The notes: generated by a model from the letters alone, not told the origin. DNA of 64,000 nucleotides from Polyangiaceae bacterium (GCA_050287085.1 JBNKBE010000006.1:138381-202380); one strand, 5' to 3'. Counted from the first letter of the stretch, positions 51,759 through 61,864 are shown. Program-made: numbers and translations.

Positions 51759-52697
51759 GTGAAAACGGCTTTCTTTGGGACCCCGCCGATCGCGGTGGCC
51801 AGTCTGGACGCGTTGTATGAAATGAGCGACGTCGCTCTCGTCGTCACGCAGCCCGACCGCCCCTCGGGACGTGGACTTGGGGTCAGTTCCAGCGCAGTAA
51901 AGTGCCGCGCCCTAGAGCTCGGACTGGAAGTACTTCAGCCCAAACGGGTGCGTACCGGTAGCCTGGACCAAGCTCTGAGCGAACGGGGGATCGAACTCGC
52001 GGTCGTGCTCGCCTATGGGCGCATTCTGCCCGAGGCTGTGCTGAATGCCCCTCGGCTCGGATGCGTCAACCTACACGCGTCCTTGTTGCCCAAGTATCGC
52101 GGTGCCGCGCCGATAAACTGGGCCCTCGCCAACGGCGAAAGCAGCACGGGCGTGTCGCTCATGCAGATGGACGCAGGTCTGGACACCGGCCCCATTCTGG
52201 CTCAGCACCCGCTGCCCATCAAAGCCCAGTGGAATGCCGGTGACCTCGCGGTTGCCCTGGGTCAGCTGGCCGCCGCCGTGGTGCGCGAGCGCCTGCCGGA
52301 ACTGGCTCGTGGCGAACTCCCAGCTCTCGCGCAGGACGAGTCGCTCGCCACCTACGCCCCCCCACTCAGCGCCCGTGACGCCGAACTCGACTTCTCCCTC
52401 ACCGCCCGCCAATTGCACAATCGAGTTCGTGGATTCAATCCGAAGCCTGGAACCTACACATACGTTGGGGGCAAACGATTGAAGGTTCTGCAGACCGGGC
52501 TGCCGGAGGGCGAGTTCCCAGCGGCGGAGCCGGGTACCATCGTAGCTTTGGACCGACGCATCCTGGTGGCCACCAGCGCCGGCTATCTAGAGGTACTGAG
52601 AGCCCAGGTCGAAGGGCGCAAGGCGCAAGACGCCACGACGCTTCTCAACGGCCGTGTCCTGAGCAACGGACAACGGCTAGGAAAGGCGACACCGTGA
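51759..52697 (+). CDS. fmt: Methionyl-tRNA formyltransferase
   Basis: FFGTP, VVTQPDRPSGRG, AYGRIL, NLHASLLPKYRGAAPI, MDAGLDTG. Confidence 0.96.
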   Translation: MKTAFFGTPPIAVASLDALYEMSDVALVVTQPDRPSGRGLGVSSSAVKCRALELGLEVLQPKRVRTGSLDQALSERGIELAVVLAYGRILPEAVLNAPRLGCVNLHASLLPKYRGAAPINWALANGESSTGVSLMQMDAGLDTGPILAQHPLPIKAQWNAGDLAVALGQLAAAVVRERLPELARGELPALAQDESLATYAPPLSARDAELDFSLTARQLHNRVRGFNPKPGTYTYVGGKRLKVLQTGLPEGEFPAAEPGTIVALDRRILVATSAGYLEVLRAQVEGRKAQDATTLLNGRVLSNGQRLGKATP

Positions 52698-52725
52698 GCC
52701 TCCGCCGGACGGCCACGAGAACGTC

Positions 52726-53382
52726 GTGACGCGAGCTCGGACTGAAGCACGCTCGCTGGGCGAGCCCGGCAGGGCTGCGGACTCGCCGGAGCGCGATCCG
52801 CTTTATGTCGCATTCCTCGCCGAACTGAAGCAGGAGTTTCCGCTCTTCCGCATCGTGGAAAAGAGCACAAGCCCGCTTTCTCATGCCATCGCTTGGGGCC
52901 TGAGGTTCGTAACCCTGGGGCAGCAGCGCTCCTATCTGAGCGTGTATTACACCGTAATAGGGGATACGCTCTATGTGCCCCCCGGCTGGTCAGTACTACG
53001 CGGCGTCGACCGCGTGATTCTCCTGCGCCATGAGAGGGTCCACCTCAGACAACGGCGACGCTGGACAACGTTGGGCATGGCCTTCATCTATCTGATCCCG
53101 CTCTTGCCCCTTGGGCTCGCATATGGACGGGCACGGCTCGAGTGGGAAGCCTACATGGAGACCCTATTGGCCACCGCGGAACTACACGGGTTGGACGCAG
53201 CGCTGGCCCCCGACCTCAGGCGCCAGATCGTGCGACGCTTCACCGGCCCCGACTACGGCTGGATGTGGCCGTTTCCACGCGTTGTTGAGCGCTGGTACGA
53301 CAGCGCCCTAGTCGAGATTGAGAATCGGCTCGCGCCGGCCTCGTCGGCCGCCCGACGGAGCCAAACCCCGCGTGTTGGCTAG
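52726..53382 (+). CDS. Hypothetical protein with HExxH zincin-like motif
   Basis: TVIGDTLYVP, LLRHERVHLRQ, hydrophobic segment, RARLEWEAY. Confidence 0.7.
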   Translation: MTRARTEARSLGEPGRAADSPERDPLYVAFLAELKQEFPLFRIVEKSTSPLSHAIAWGLRFVTLGQQRSYLSVYYTVIGDTLYVPPGWSVLRGVDRVILLRHERVHLRQRRRWTTLGMAFIYLIPLLPLGLAYGRARLEWEAYMETLLATAELHGLDAALAPDLRRQIVRRFTGPDYGWMWPFPRVVERWYDSALVEIENRLAPASSAARRSQTPRVG

Positions 53383-53891
53383 TGTTTGCCGTAGGCTCGA
53401 AGCATACCACTAGGACTACAACCATCGGGGGTCGACACGCCCGGATACGCCCGGGGCCCTCGCCCAAGAGCTCGTCTGGGCGTCGTTCACAAGGACGCGA
53501 GCAGGCGTTGCCTTTGAAGGCCTACACGCCATGCAACGCGTGTGATAGGACTGGGACCACGTGGCGACCGGCTTCGGTACTCCGCCACGTGGGTTTGCGT
53601 TTGGGACGGCGCACTCGATCCTTGGGCCGACCAACCGTGTCAGAATTAGGCATTGCGCTGAGAGTCAATTCCAGTTCTTTATCCAACGTCCGAAGATCCA
53701 CTTGGAGTAACGTGCCCCGTCGTTGAACTGAACGCCCCGAATCAGCGGGATCCGCGGCTGGGCCCCGGGGCGCAGCGTTCGTAAACGCGACGTTTGTCGA
53801 CAACCTTCGGCTCGGGGCTACTGGTCTCGAGTGGGGTTTAGACCGCCTCTCCTCCCCGTCCGTAAGTACGCTCACACGATACCGCTCCGAT

Positions 53892-53933
53892 TGTGCTTGT
53901 CCCCGCTGTGCTTGTCCGCCTCTGTGCTTGTCC
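53892..53933 (+). repeat. Three direct repeats of TGTGCTTGTCC
   Basis: Exact 11-mer at 53892, 53907 and 53923 in intergenic DNA. Confidence 0.8.
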
Positions 53934-54056
53934 GCCACAACCGCGGCTCTCCAAACTCAATAGCGGCCCCTCACATCCTCCGCCAGACTCCGCTGGCCCC
54001 CCAAATTACTCCAAAGCCCGCTAGCGACCCCCCGGTCTGTAGACAAAGGCCCAAAC

Positions 54057-55415
54057 GTGAAGATCTCCTGTCCCTCCTGCTCCGCCAAGTACTCGATCGC
54101 CGACGAGAAGGTCCAGAACAAGCTCGCCAAGATCCGTTGTCGCAAGTGCGGAACAACGATCGTAATTGACGGCAAATCGAGCCCGCCCACCGTGCAGACC
54201 GGGGAGAGCGCGACGACGGGTAGCACCCCGCCCGTTGCCGCAGGCTTGTACACCGTCGATCTGTCCGAGAACGATCAGCCGCAGATGACCGTCGCGCAGA
54301 TCGTTGAGGCCTACAACACGGGCTCGCTCACCGCAGAGACCTACGTGTGGGCAGAGGGCATGGCGGACTGGGAAGCCCTCGGACAGGTGCCGGAGATCAA
54401 TGACGCCTTGCACCGCGCTGCCGCGCAGCATGCGGAAGCCACAACCGCCCAGAGCGACGGACCTGCGGCGCCCGCAGTCGCAACGTCTTCCCTGGGGGCG
54501 GCTGCTAGTGATGCCTTCGGCGGCGCCCCTGAAAGGGCCCCCGATGTCACAGCGCCGCTCGAGGCTGCCGCGGACATCTCGGCCCGCGCCGCCACCAAAG
54601 CCGCTGCAAGCCGCGGTGCTTCCTATGACCTCTTTGGTGGCATTGACGCCGCCGGCGGCGAAGACGATGTAACCACCAGTGCTGCGCAAGCCCCTGCCGT
54701 AGGAGCGGCGGGTACCGGAGCTCGCAACGAGTCTTCCGTCCTGTTCTCCTTGAGCGCACTGACAGCCAGCGATCCCTCACCGGCCGCGTCGACCGCGCAA
54801 TCAAGCAACCAGGAGGACTCGGGTCTGATCGACTTGGCAGCGTTGACCAGTGGTGCCAGCGGCGGCGGCGCAGGGCAAGCCGCAGCTGCGTTGGACCTAG
54901 GAGCCGCTCCGCTTGGCGTCGCCCCCTTGGGCGTGCCTGCCCAAGCCGCACCGCAAGAGAAGTCCGGCAAAGGAGTCATGATTCTGGGAGCCAGCGTGGT
55001 TGGAGCCGCAGTTGCCAGCGTGGCGATGTTCTTCGCCATGTCCGAAGAACCCCCCCCGCCAATCCCGAGTGCGGCCCTGACCGCACCTTCCATCGCTCAA
55101 TCCGCGGCCGCCGCAACCGGAGCAACGGCGCCTGAAGCGAGCGCTGCCGCAAGCGCGTCAGCAAGCGACGTCGCGGCGGCAGGCGCAACCGGCAGCGCTT
55201 CGGCCGAAGCCAGCGCTTCCGCAGCTGAAGCCGAAAAGGCGGCGCCGCCGAAGAAGTACACGCCGCCGCCGAAGAAGTACACACCTCCGAAGTCCGCAGC
55301 ACCGGCAGAGCAGTCCTCGACCACGAAGAAAAAGAAGAAGAAGGTCAAGAAGAAGTCGTCTTGCAACTGCAAGCCCAGTGATCTGATGTGCGCCATGCGC
55401 TGCTCGGCCAAATGA
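54057..55415 (+). CDS. Zinc-ribbon (MJ0042-type) + GYF_2 domain membrane protein (GltJ/AgmX-like N-terminus)
   Basis: MKISCPSCSAKY.I.D.K...IRCRKC; GYF_2 motif ETYVWAEGMADW; RNESSVLFSL, EDSGLIDL; TM; Lys/Cys-rich tail. Confidence 0.85.
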   Translation: MKISCPSCSAKYSIADEKVQNKLAKIRCRKCGTTIVIDGKSSPPTVQTGESATTGSTPPVAAGLYTVDLSENDQPQMTVAQIVEAYNTGSLTAETYVWAEGMADWEALGQVPEINDALHRAAAQHAEATTAQSDGPAAPAVATSSLGAAASDAFGGAPERAPDVTAPLEAAADISARAATKAAASRGASYDLFGGIDAAGGEDDVTTSAAQAPAVGAAGTGARNESSVLFSLSALTASDPSPAASTAQSSNQEDSGLIDLAALTSGASGGGAGQAAAALDLGAAPLGVAPLGVPAQAAPQEKSGKGVMILGASVVGAAVASVAMFFAMSEEPPPPIPSAALTAPSIAQSAAAATGATAPEASAAASASASDVAAAGATGSASAEASASAAEAEKAAPPKKYTPPPKKYTPPKSAAPAEQSSTTKKKKKKVKKKSSCNCKPSDLMCAMRCSAK

Positions 55416-55506
55416 ACTCGATGGGCGCGGGGTCATCCGGTGACTCACCCGCCCTAGGCGCCCGAGCACCCAGCGATTCACCCGCCCCGGTCGACCCCAA
55501 GGGGCG

Positions 55507-57984
55507 CTACAAGGCGGCGGGGGCCGGCTCGAGCAAGACGACACCAGGCGGCGCGTCCGGCTCGTAGACGTGGGCATTTCGGTCAAGGATCGCAATGCGG
55601 CGCAGGCCAGAGCCCATGAGCAAGACAAGAGACCGTCCAGGATGCGCGTGGGGTCCCGTAGCCTGAAGCCGCAAAGGGCCACCGGGGTGAAATGCTGCGG
55701 CCAGCCATTGTGGTTCAGGCCCCTGATGACACACGAGGGACACGCGCGGGGAGCGCTCCGCAAATCGGCACGCGGCGAGCCAACGCTCTCCTTCCGCACT
55801 GGTCGGCTGCGCCAGCAGCAGGCGCGCTGCCTGCTCCCTCACCGCAGCTGAGGGGTCTTGTAGATACGGCGCGAGCGGAGCAGAGCAAGAAGCCCCGAGC
55901 AACCTCACACCTGCCAATGCATTGGCGCGCACCAACGGTGTCAGATGGCTCAATCCGGAACAGATTTCGCCGCTGTCCACCCCCCCGGTACGAAGCGCCA
56001 GACGCACCAGACCTGCCATCGCGTTCGTGGCGACTGCCGGCGACTGGCTCTGAGCAGCGCGCGCGAGCTGCCGCGCGTCCCCAACAACTCCCACTGAACC
56101 GAGGCTCCACGCAGCAGCTGCCGCAACCCGCGCGTCGCGGTGGCCCATCAAGGCGCGCAGCGTGGCGGCCGAGTCCGGGCGAGAGCCCAAGCGCTCCGCC
56201 ACCGTCAGCAGGGACGCTGGCGCCAAGGTGTCGCTCAAGACGCTCCAACGAGGCGCGGGAAGCGCCAGCAACACTTCGAGCCATTGTTGCTGACTCTGCC
56301 CTCGCGTCTCGCTCGCCCGCGCCGTGATGCGCTGAATGAGTGCCGGATCGTCCAGGCCGCGAGCGGCTCCGGCGAGCGCAACAAGTGCATGCTCTCGCTG
56401 CACCAGGCCCCGATCCAAGCTTTCAAAGATCGGGGCGGCCGCGCCGGAGGTAGCGCCCTCGCGCAGCGCCCAGGCCGCAGTGCTCGCGACCACACCATCT
56501 GGGCGAGCGAGCATCGTCAGCAAGGCATGCTCCGCCTCGTGTATCAGCTCCCGCGGCACTCCTCCCGCGGACGCCCCAAGACCTCCCAGGGCGGAGCCCA
56601 GGGCTCCCGCAATGGCCGACGCCGACTCAGGATTGTCAGCGGGTAGCAGCGCCAGCAGAGCCGGCAGAGCCCGAGGTGAACGAGTGAGGCCGAGGGCCTT
56701 GACCAGCTCTCGTCGTGCCGTCGCATTCGGCTCAATCGCGAGCGCATCCGCGAGCGGCTCGACTGCGCGACCGTCACCCCGGCTCTGCGAGAGAATAGCC
56801 ACCGTTGCAGCTCGTGCGCGCCGACGAAGCGCGGGCGCGCGATCACCAAGCCCTTCCAATGCTAACGACAGCCCCTTCGGATCACACGCTAGGCCCGCTA
56901 CCTCGACGGCATCCGCAAGCGAGAGACGGCTGCGTCTACGCCAATCGACAGCGAGCTCCGTCGCTCCAGGCGTTCGAGTGCGAGCGAGCACCCGGAGCAC
57001 GGCGCTTCCCACCTCCGGCGCAAGTGAATCATCCAGCGAGCCAAGCACCCGCACGCGCTGTGGCTCCGGCGCCCTGGCGACCGCATCGAGCACGGTGGGC
57101 CAATGAGCTACGCGGGTCGAATCAGCCAACAACGAGACCAATACGCGAGCCCCGTCTCCCGGCAAAAGCAACAAGGACAGCGCGCATTGCCGCCGCACGT
57201 CGGCATCTTCGTCCGACAAGCACCGTGTTACCCCCGAGGTGGCAGACGGCGCCCCCAATCGCCCAAGCCCCAAGGCCGCGAGGCGACGGACTTCAGCGTC
57301 CTGATCTGTCAGCGCGCCGATCAGCGCAGGCTCTGCACTGGGGGATTGGATGGCCACCAAGGCGCGGGCGGCGCCAATCCGGATCGCATGCTGTGGAGCA
57401 GAGAGCCTGGCCGCCAGCGGAACGACAGCGCGCGGATCGCGCAGCTCCTGGAGCGCCTCGAGTATCGCTATCTGCACCGTTTCGTCGGGATCGGAAATGC
57501 GGCCGAGTAGGACCATCACGGCCTCCGCCACCGCGGCACGCCCGAACGCCCGAGCCGCAGTGGCGCGCACCTCGGGCTCGGGATCGGCCAGGGCGCGTGT
57601 GAGCTCCCGAGTCGTCCTCGCCCCAAGCCGGGTCGCGGCAATGAATCGGACCGCCGCGAGGCGCAGCGGAAGTGGCTCGGCGCTCAGCCAAGGCAGGATG
57701 AGAGCGAGATGGCGTTCGGGAAGCGAATGCGCCGCGATCGCCGCTGCCGCCACACGCACGGCCACGTCAGGGCTAGCCAGCGCCTGAGGCAATAGCTGGA
57801 CGCGATATGGCAGCGCCAGTGGCGCCAGCTCGCGGACTGCGTCCACCCGACGTGACGACTCTTCACTGTGCAGCTCCCGTGCGACCCGGCTAGCTGCGCT
57901 CGGCCATACCGACGCGTGAGCGATAGACCCGTTGGCCCCCACCAGCAGTCCCAGAGCGACCCACGCCGGACGGCGCCAGGACAC
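55507..57984 (-). CDS. Exported HEAT/PBS-repeat protein
   Basis: N-terminal signal-like segment; many L.D.D..VR..AA.ALG repeats; GTG overlaps the upstream stop. Confidence 0.85.
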   Translation of the reverse strand: MSWRRPAWVALGLLVGANGSIAHASVWPSAASRVARELHSEESSRRVDAVRELAPLALPYRVQLLPQALASPDVAVRVAAAAIAAHSLPERHLALILPWLSAEPLPLRLAAVRFIAATRLGARTTRELTRALADPEPEVRATAARAFGRAAVAEAVMVLLGRISDPDETVQIAILEALQELRDPRAVVPLAARLSAPQHAIRIGAARALVAIQSPSAEPALIGALTDQDAEVRRLAALGLGRLGAPSATSGVTRCLSDEDADVRRQCALSLLLLPGDGARVLVSLLADSTRVAHWPTVLDAVARAPEPQRVRVLGSLDDSLAPEVGSAVLRVLARTRTPGATELAVDWRRRSRLSLADAVEVAGLACDPKGLSLALEGLGDRAPALRRRARAATVAILSQSRGDGRAVEPLADALAIEPNATARRELVKALGLTRSPRALPALLALLPADNPESASAIAGALGSALGGLGASAGGVPRELIHEAEHALLTMLARPDGVVASTAAWALREGATSGAAAPIFESLDRGLVQREHALVALAGAARGLDDPALIQRITARASETRGQSQQQWLEVLLALPAPRWSVLSDTLAPASLLTVAERLGSRPDSAATLRALMGHRDARVAAAAAWSLGSVGVVGDARQLARAAQSQSPAVATNAMAGLVRLALRTGGVDSGEICSGLSHLTPLVRANALAGVRLLGASCSAPLAPYLQDPSAAVREQAARLLLAQPTSAEGERWLAACRFAERSPRVSLVCHQGPEPQWLAAAFHPGGPLRLQATGPHAHPGRSLVLLMGSGLRRIAILDRNAHVYEPDAPPGVVLLEPAPAAL

Positions 57985-60170
57985 TAGCTGAGGCCCCCCT
58001 GCCTGCGCACGAGCCAATGGGCTCCCAATGCAACGCTCGCCAATAGGGTCCAGACCCACACCGGTAGCCACGGCGCAGTCTTGCGCGACGCATTGACTCG
58101 CGTTGGCGGAAGCATCGGAAGCTCCGCCTCGTCGCCGCTCCGGACATAGGCGCCACCGCTTCGCTCAGTGATGGCGCGCAACAAGTCGGGATTGGGACGC
58201 GTGTCGGCCCAGGCGCGTCCCGCCGCTTCGCACCCAAAGTCATGCCGCGTTGCAGGCGCAGGCCCAACGACCACGCGCGCAGAGTAGCCGCCAGCCGGCA
58301 GGGCGGGCAAGACCACCTCGGCTAGCGACTGCCCCGTACCTGGCACCGTCTGGCTCATCACGGTCCGCGGCTGGCGCGTCAAGGACTCCACCGTCAACGT
58401 CACGTCTCCAGCCATACCCGGCAAACGGTGCACTCGAAGGGTCGCGGGTACTCCCGCAATGCACTCGGCCACCAGCTCAACGCGGGCCGCCTCGTAGCGG
58501 GGGTCGTGCATCAGCCACCCCAACAGACCGTCCCACAACGCTCCGTAACCGCGACCGGAAGCCCGCGCCGCAAGCTCACCGAACGCCAAGGTGTGGGTTC
58601 CGTCGACGCCCAGGGCAATGGCCCGACCGTCACCTGCTTCACCGAGGGCCAGAAGCGGCATCCCCCGCTCTCCGGCGGTCAAGCGCGGATGTTCCCACAA
58701 TACGATAGCGCCGGGGCGGGCTTCACCCAAGATGTTGGCGCCCACCATTTCAGGCAGTTCTCCCTGCAACAGCGAACGCAACTTTCGGGTTACCGGCGCA
58801 GCCCGACCGGCGGCGGTGTAGCTGGGCACGAAGGTTCCGGGATCTGCCGTTTCTCCCCCACGCGGTTGTTCAACCGGAAGAATCGAATCGAGCGGCGTCC
58901 CGGCATACTTGCCCCCGCCAAAGGACGATGGCCCTCCCACCATTATCAGGCCTCCGCCTTCTTTCACGTAGCGCTCCAGGCGAACCAAGTAGCGGCTGAG
59001 CCGATACTTGATGGCGTCGATGTCCTGGAGAATGACCGCGTCAAAACTCGGAAGATGCTCTGTAAACAGTTCATCGACGGGAAAGCGGATGAGCGAGAGA
59101 TCTCGTTCTCCAGCCACTGGGTCATCCGTCTCACCGCGCAGAATGAAGAAGGCAACGACATCAACCGAGTCATCGCTCTTCAACCAGGTTCTGAGCGCGC
59201 GCACGTCGTAGGTGGGTCGCCCTGCTAGGTGCAGCAGACGAACACGCTCTTTGGCGACGCTGAATGTCAGCAGCCGAGTGTCGTTCTCTGGCACGGCGTC
59301 GCCGGAGGGCGTGTCAATGGCTACCTGTACCACCCGCGCCCCAGAACGGTCGAGAGTAAGCTCGAATTCCGCCGCGCCGACCCCCTCTTCTACGCGCACA
59401 GCGCCGGCAGATAGCTCCACGGGAGCTTCCCCGCTCAAGAGCTCCGTGACTCGCACCGGTATTTCACCACAGGTAAGCCCCCCGCTGCACCCCACCTCAA
59501 CCGTAAGAGTGAGCGCCTGGTGAGCGACGGCGGCTCCCGCCGCGCGGACCGCCCTTATGCTCGCGTCTGGAGGCCCGCGCTCGGCCACGGATACCGCGTG
59601 CAAGGCCACGGACTCAGCGTTCAATTCATTCAAGGTGTCCGAAAGTGCTTCGACATCCGTCGGGCGAGACACTCGCCCATCCGACACCACGACAATAGCG
59701 GCTGGCTTCTCCCGCTCACTCCGCAGAAGCTCGTCCAGAGCCGCCTTGAGGTCGCTATCAACCGCCGAAGGGGCCGCCTTGGGGTCGTAGGTATCCAGGG
59801 CCTCGGCGAAGCGAAGAACACTCACTCGAGCTTTCTTGAAGTGACGACCCAACGCAGTGACGACCTGGCTTGCAACCTCGGCCCGCGACGTCTGCCCGTC
59901 AGCCGGCAATAGCAGTCGACGCGATCCATCGACCAGCACCACCACCTTGGCCCCCATCTCCAAACTGCGTTCCAGCGCCGTCACCGGGCGCAAGACCGCG
60001 AGCAGCAACAAGAGCGACGAAAGTATTCCGGTGGCCAACACCCATACCCGTTGCTGATCCGCCCGCCGAAACTCGCGCAATAACAGCCCAACGGAAAGCG
60101 CCGCCAGAGTGCACGCAAGCGCCACGCCCGGCGTCGAAATGTCATCGCTGATGTTCCAGGTCGACGTCAC
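57984..60170 (-). CDS. Membrane protein with vWA-like and GATase1-like (DUF1355-type) domains
   Basis: Two N-terminal TMs; VVLVDGS and IVVVSDG vWA motifs; FFILR...LSLI.FPV.ELF, YV.EGGGL.MVGGP.SF; C-terminal WLVRRQGGL. Start uncertain (TTG at 60206 possible). Confidence 0.8.
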   Translation of the reverse strand: MTSTWNISDDISTPGVALACTLAALSVGLLLREFRRADQQRVWVLATGILSSLLLLLAVLRPVTALERSLEMGAKVVVLVDGSRRLLLPADGQTSRAEVASQVVTALGRHFKKARVSVLRFAEALDTYDPKAAPSAVDSDLKAALDELLRSEREKPAAIVVVSDGRVSRPTDVEALSDTLNELNAESVALHAVSVAERGPPDASIRAVRAAGAAVAHQALTLTVEVGCSGGLTCGEIPVRVTELLSGEAPVELSAGAVRVEEGVGAAEFELTLDRSGARVVQVAIDTPSGDAVPENDTRLLTFSVAKERVRLLHLAGRPTYDVRALRTWLKSDDSVDVVAFFILRGETDDPVAGERDLSLIRFPVDELFTEHLPSFDAVILQDIDAIKYRLSRYLVRLERYVKEGGGLIMVGGPSSFGGGKYAGTPLDSILPVEQPRGGETADPGTFVPSYTAAGRAAPVTRKLRSLLQGELPEMVGANILGEARPGAIVLWEHPRLTAGERGMPLLALGEAGDGRAIALGVDGTHTLAFGELAARASGRGYGALWDGLLGWLMHDPRYEAARVELVAECIAGVPATLRVHRLPGMAGDVTLTVESLTRQPRTVMSQTVPGTGQSLAEVVLPALPAGGYSARVVVGPAPATRHDFGCEAAGRAWADTRPNPDLLRAITERSGGAYVRSGDEAELPMLPPTRVNASRKTAPWLPVWVWTLLASVALGAHWLVRRQGGLS

Positions 60171-60294
60171 GAATCGCTCCCCCGGCGCCAGCCGCAAGAC
60201 CGCCAAAGCCAGATGCCTCGATCCAGGGGCGAGGGGCGGCGAAGAGGAGTTGGGGGGTACATCGGCAGGCGCATGCTAGCAGACTCCGGCTGCA

Positions 60295-61053
60295 TCACGG
60301 ATGTCCTGTGCTGCGTCCTCGCCGGCGCATCAGCTCCTGCGCATGGACCTGGTCGTCCTTGTAGTCAGAACACAGAACATACATAGCGACGTTCACGCAC
60401 AGTCGAACCGCCCATTGCCGCGCTTCGCTTCCGCCCGCCATCGGCAACGCCCAGGTGTCGCCCGTGCGTGCCAACGCTCCAAGCAGGTCGTGATTCGAAA
60501 ACAGCACCTGGACCTGCCGCCCTCGGAACATGCCCCCAAGCTCAACCGGCGCCACACTCACGCGAGAAGGCGGATGCTCCACCAAGTAGTAGGACTTGAA
60601 CAACACGTGAGAGCGGGGCAGTTCAACGACAGGAGAACTGGGCAATACGCGTTTTAGCTCATCGCGTGCGGAAGCAAGAAACTCCCCGCGCTCCGGCTCC
60701 GACTCGTCTACCAGTAGCACGCCCCCCAACTGAAAGAAGGTGGTCAACTGACGCCGCTCCGGGCTGCTGAGGGGGCCCACTGCTTTGGCGCCAGCCCACA
60801 CGCAAAACGGCTCGTGCAACAGACTCGGTGCGTCTGCTTGGACCTGGGAAGGGTGAAGTCTCGCAGGCGAGCTCGTGCGACGTACCAGCTCCCACCCCCA
60901 ATGAGCCAAGGCCGTCTCGCGGACGCCCAAGCCATCGCTCTGACCGCTGGTCCTCAGCGCACGTGCGTGAAAGGCGCCGTCCTGTCCAAAAGCCATCGCC
61001 GCGCGCGGCGCACAGGCCGCCAGCGCCCCCGCTAGTAGCTGCCGCTTCTTCAT
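60295..61053 (-). CDS. DUF4159-domain protein
   Basis: EL.RRTS, GG.LLVDE, LP.SH.LFKSYYL, S.HDL.GA, VN.AMY.LC.DYK.DQVH; ATGA overlap with the upstream gene. Confidence 0.8.
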   Translation of the reverse strand: MKKRQLLAGALAACAPRAAMAFGQDGAFHARALRTSGQSDGLGVRETALAHWGWELVRRTSSPARLHPSQVQADAPSLLHEPFCVWAGAKAVGPLSSPERRQLTTFFQLGGVLLVDESEPERGEFLASARDELKRVLPSSPVVELPRSHVLFKSYYLVEHPPSRVSVAPVELGGMFRGRQVQVLFSNHDLLGALARTGDTWALPMAGGSEARQWAVRLCVNVAMYVLCSDYKDDQVHAQELMRRRGRSTGHP

Positions 61054-61742
61054 TCGAAGTCGTAGACCTTCCATGCACCTTCCTCAAAAACCAACTCGAC
61101 GCGATGGCCGCTGGCCGTCCACACCGTGGCTCGCTCACCCTGCAACTCGACGCGGAGCGTCCGGGGCTCCTGCAGATCGGATGCGAGCCCCGACAACTGC
61201 GACTGAAGACTGGTCGCGCTTTCTCGACTGAGTACAGCGAGCAAACCGGCAAAATCGCGAGCCGAAAGAGCCGTCCCAAGTGCACTTGCGGCAGCTACCG
61301 GCGACTGGTAAGCAAGCGGTAGCCCGAGACCGGCACTCGCCATGCGGTATTCACCGCCGTGCCGCGTCAACTCCACGATACGACCGGACGCCAAGCGCAG
61401 CGCTGCGCTTTCATCGCTCGTGCCGCTGCTGACTATGAGCGCCAAGCGCTCCGAGATGGCCGCTTTCGACTCCTTAAGAAGGCGTGACACCTCACGCGGC
61501 GGCGTGGTCCGTCGCGCGGCCAAGGTGAGAGCCGCGTGAACCCTAGCCACCTCCGAACGAACCACAGCAACACGGAGCTCCTCGACCGCGTCCCGAGGAG
61601 GTGGTGGCGGCGTGGCACAAGCGCATAGGAGCGCCCCGACGACCGCGACGCGACGCCGATTGCCCCCCTCTCGTCTGGCACACGAGCCCCTCTGAAAGGC
61701 ACCTCGCCTCCGCTGTTGTCCAAGACGCGAGCCCTTCGCCAC
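61050..61742 (-). CDS. Hypothetical lipoprotein
   Basis: RRR followed by hydrophobic stretch and lipobox LCA-C; C-terminal VELVFEEGAWKV. Start uncertain. Confidence 0.65.
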   Translation of the reverse strand: MAKGSRLGQQRRRGAFQRGSCARREGGNRRRVAVVGALLCACATPPPPPRDAVEELRVAVVRSEVARVHAALTLAARRTTPPREVSRLLKESKAAISERLALIVSSGTSDESAALRLASGRIVELTRHGGEYRMASAGLGLPLAYQSPVAAASALGTALSARDFAGLLAVLSRESATSLQSQLSGLASDLQEPRTLRVELQGERATVWTASGHRVELVFEEGAWKVYDFE

Positions 61743-61864
61743 TTTGTAGAGCTAGCGAAAGGCCGCTGACTTGGCTAGACTTGCACTCTCAAGAGCGATG
61801 CTCACCCGTTGCTACCGGGCCTGTGGGCCTGCCTTCGGATGAGGGTGCTCATCCCACAAGCCCT

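Noticed and set aside
51605..51847. N-terminal extensions of lon and fmt in the ORF track
   Set aside because: They overlap each other head to head; homology starts at MSESK (51604) and VKTAFFGTP (51759).
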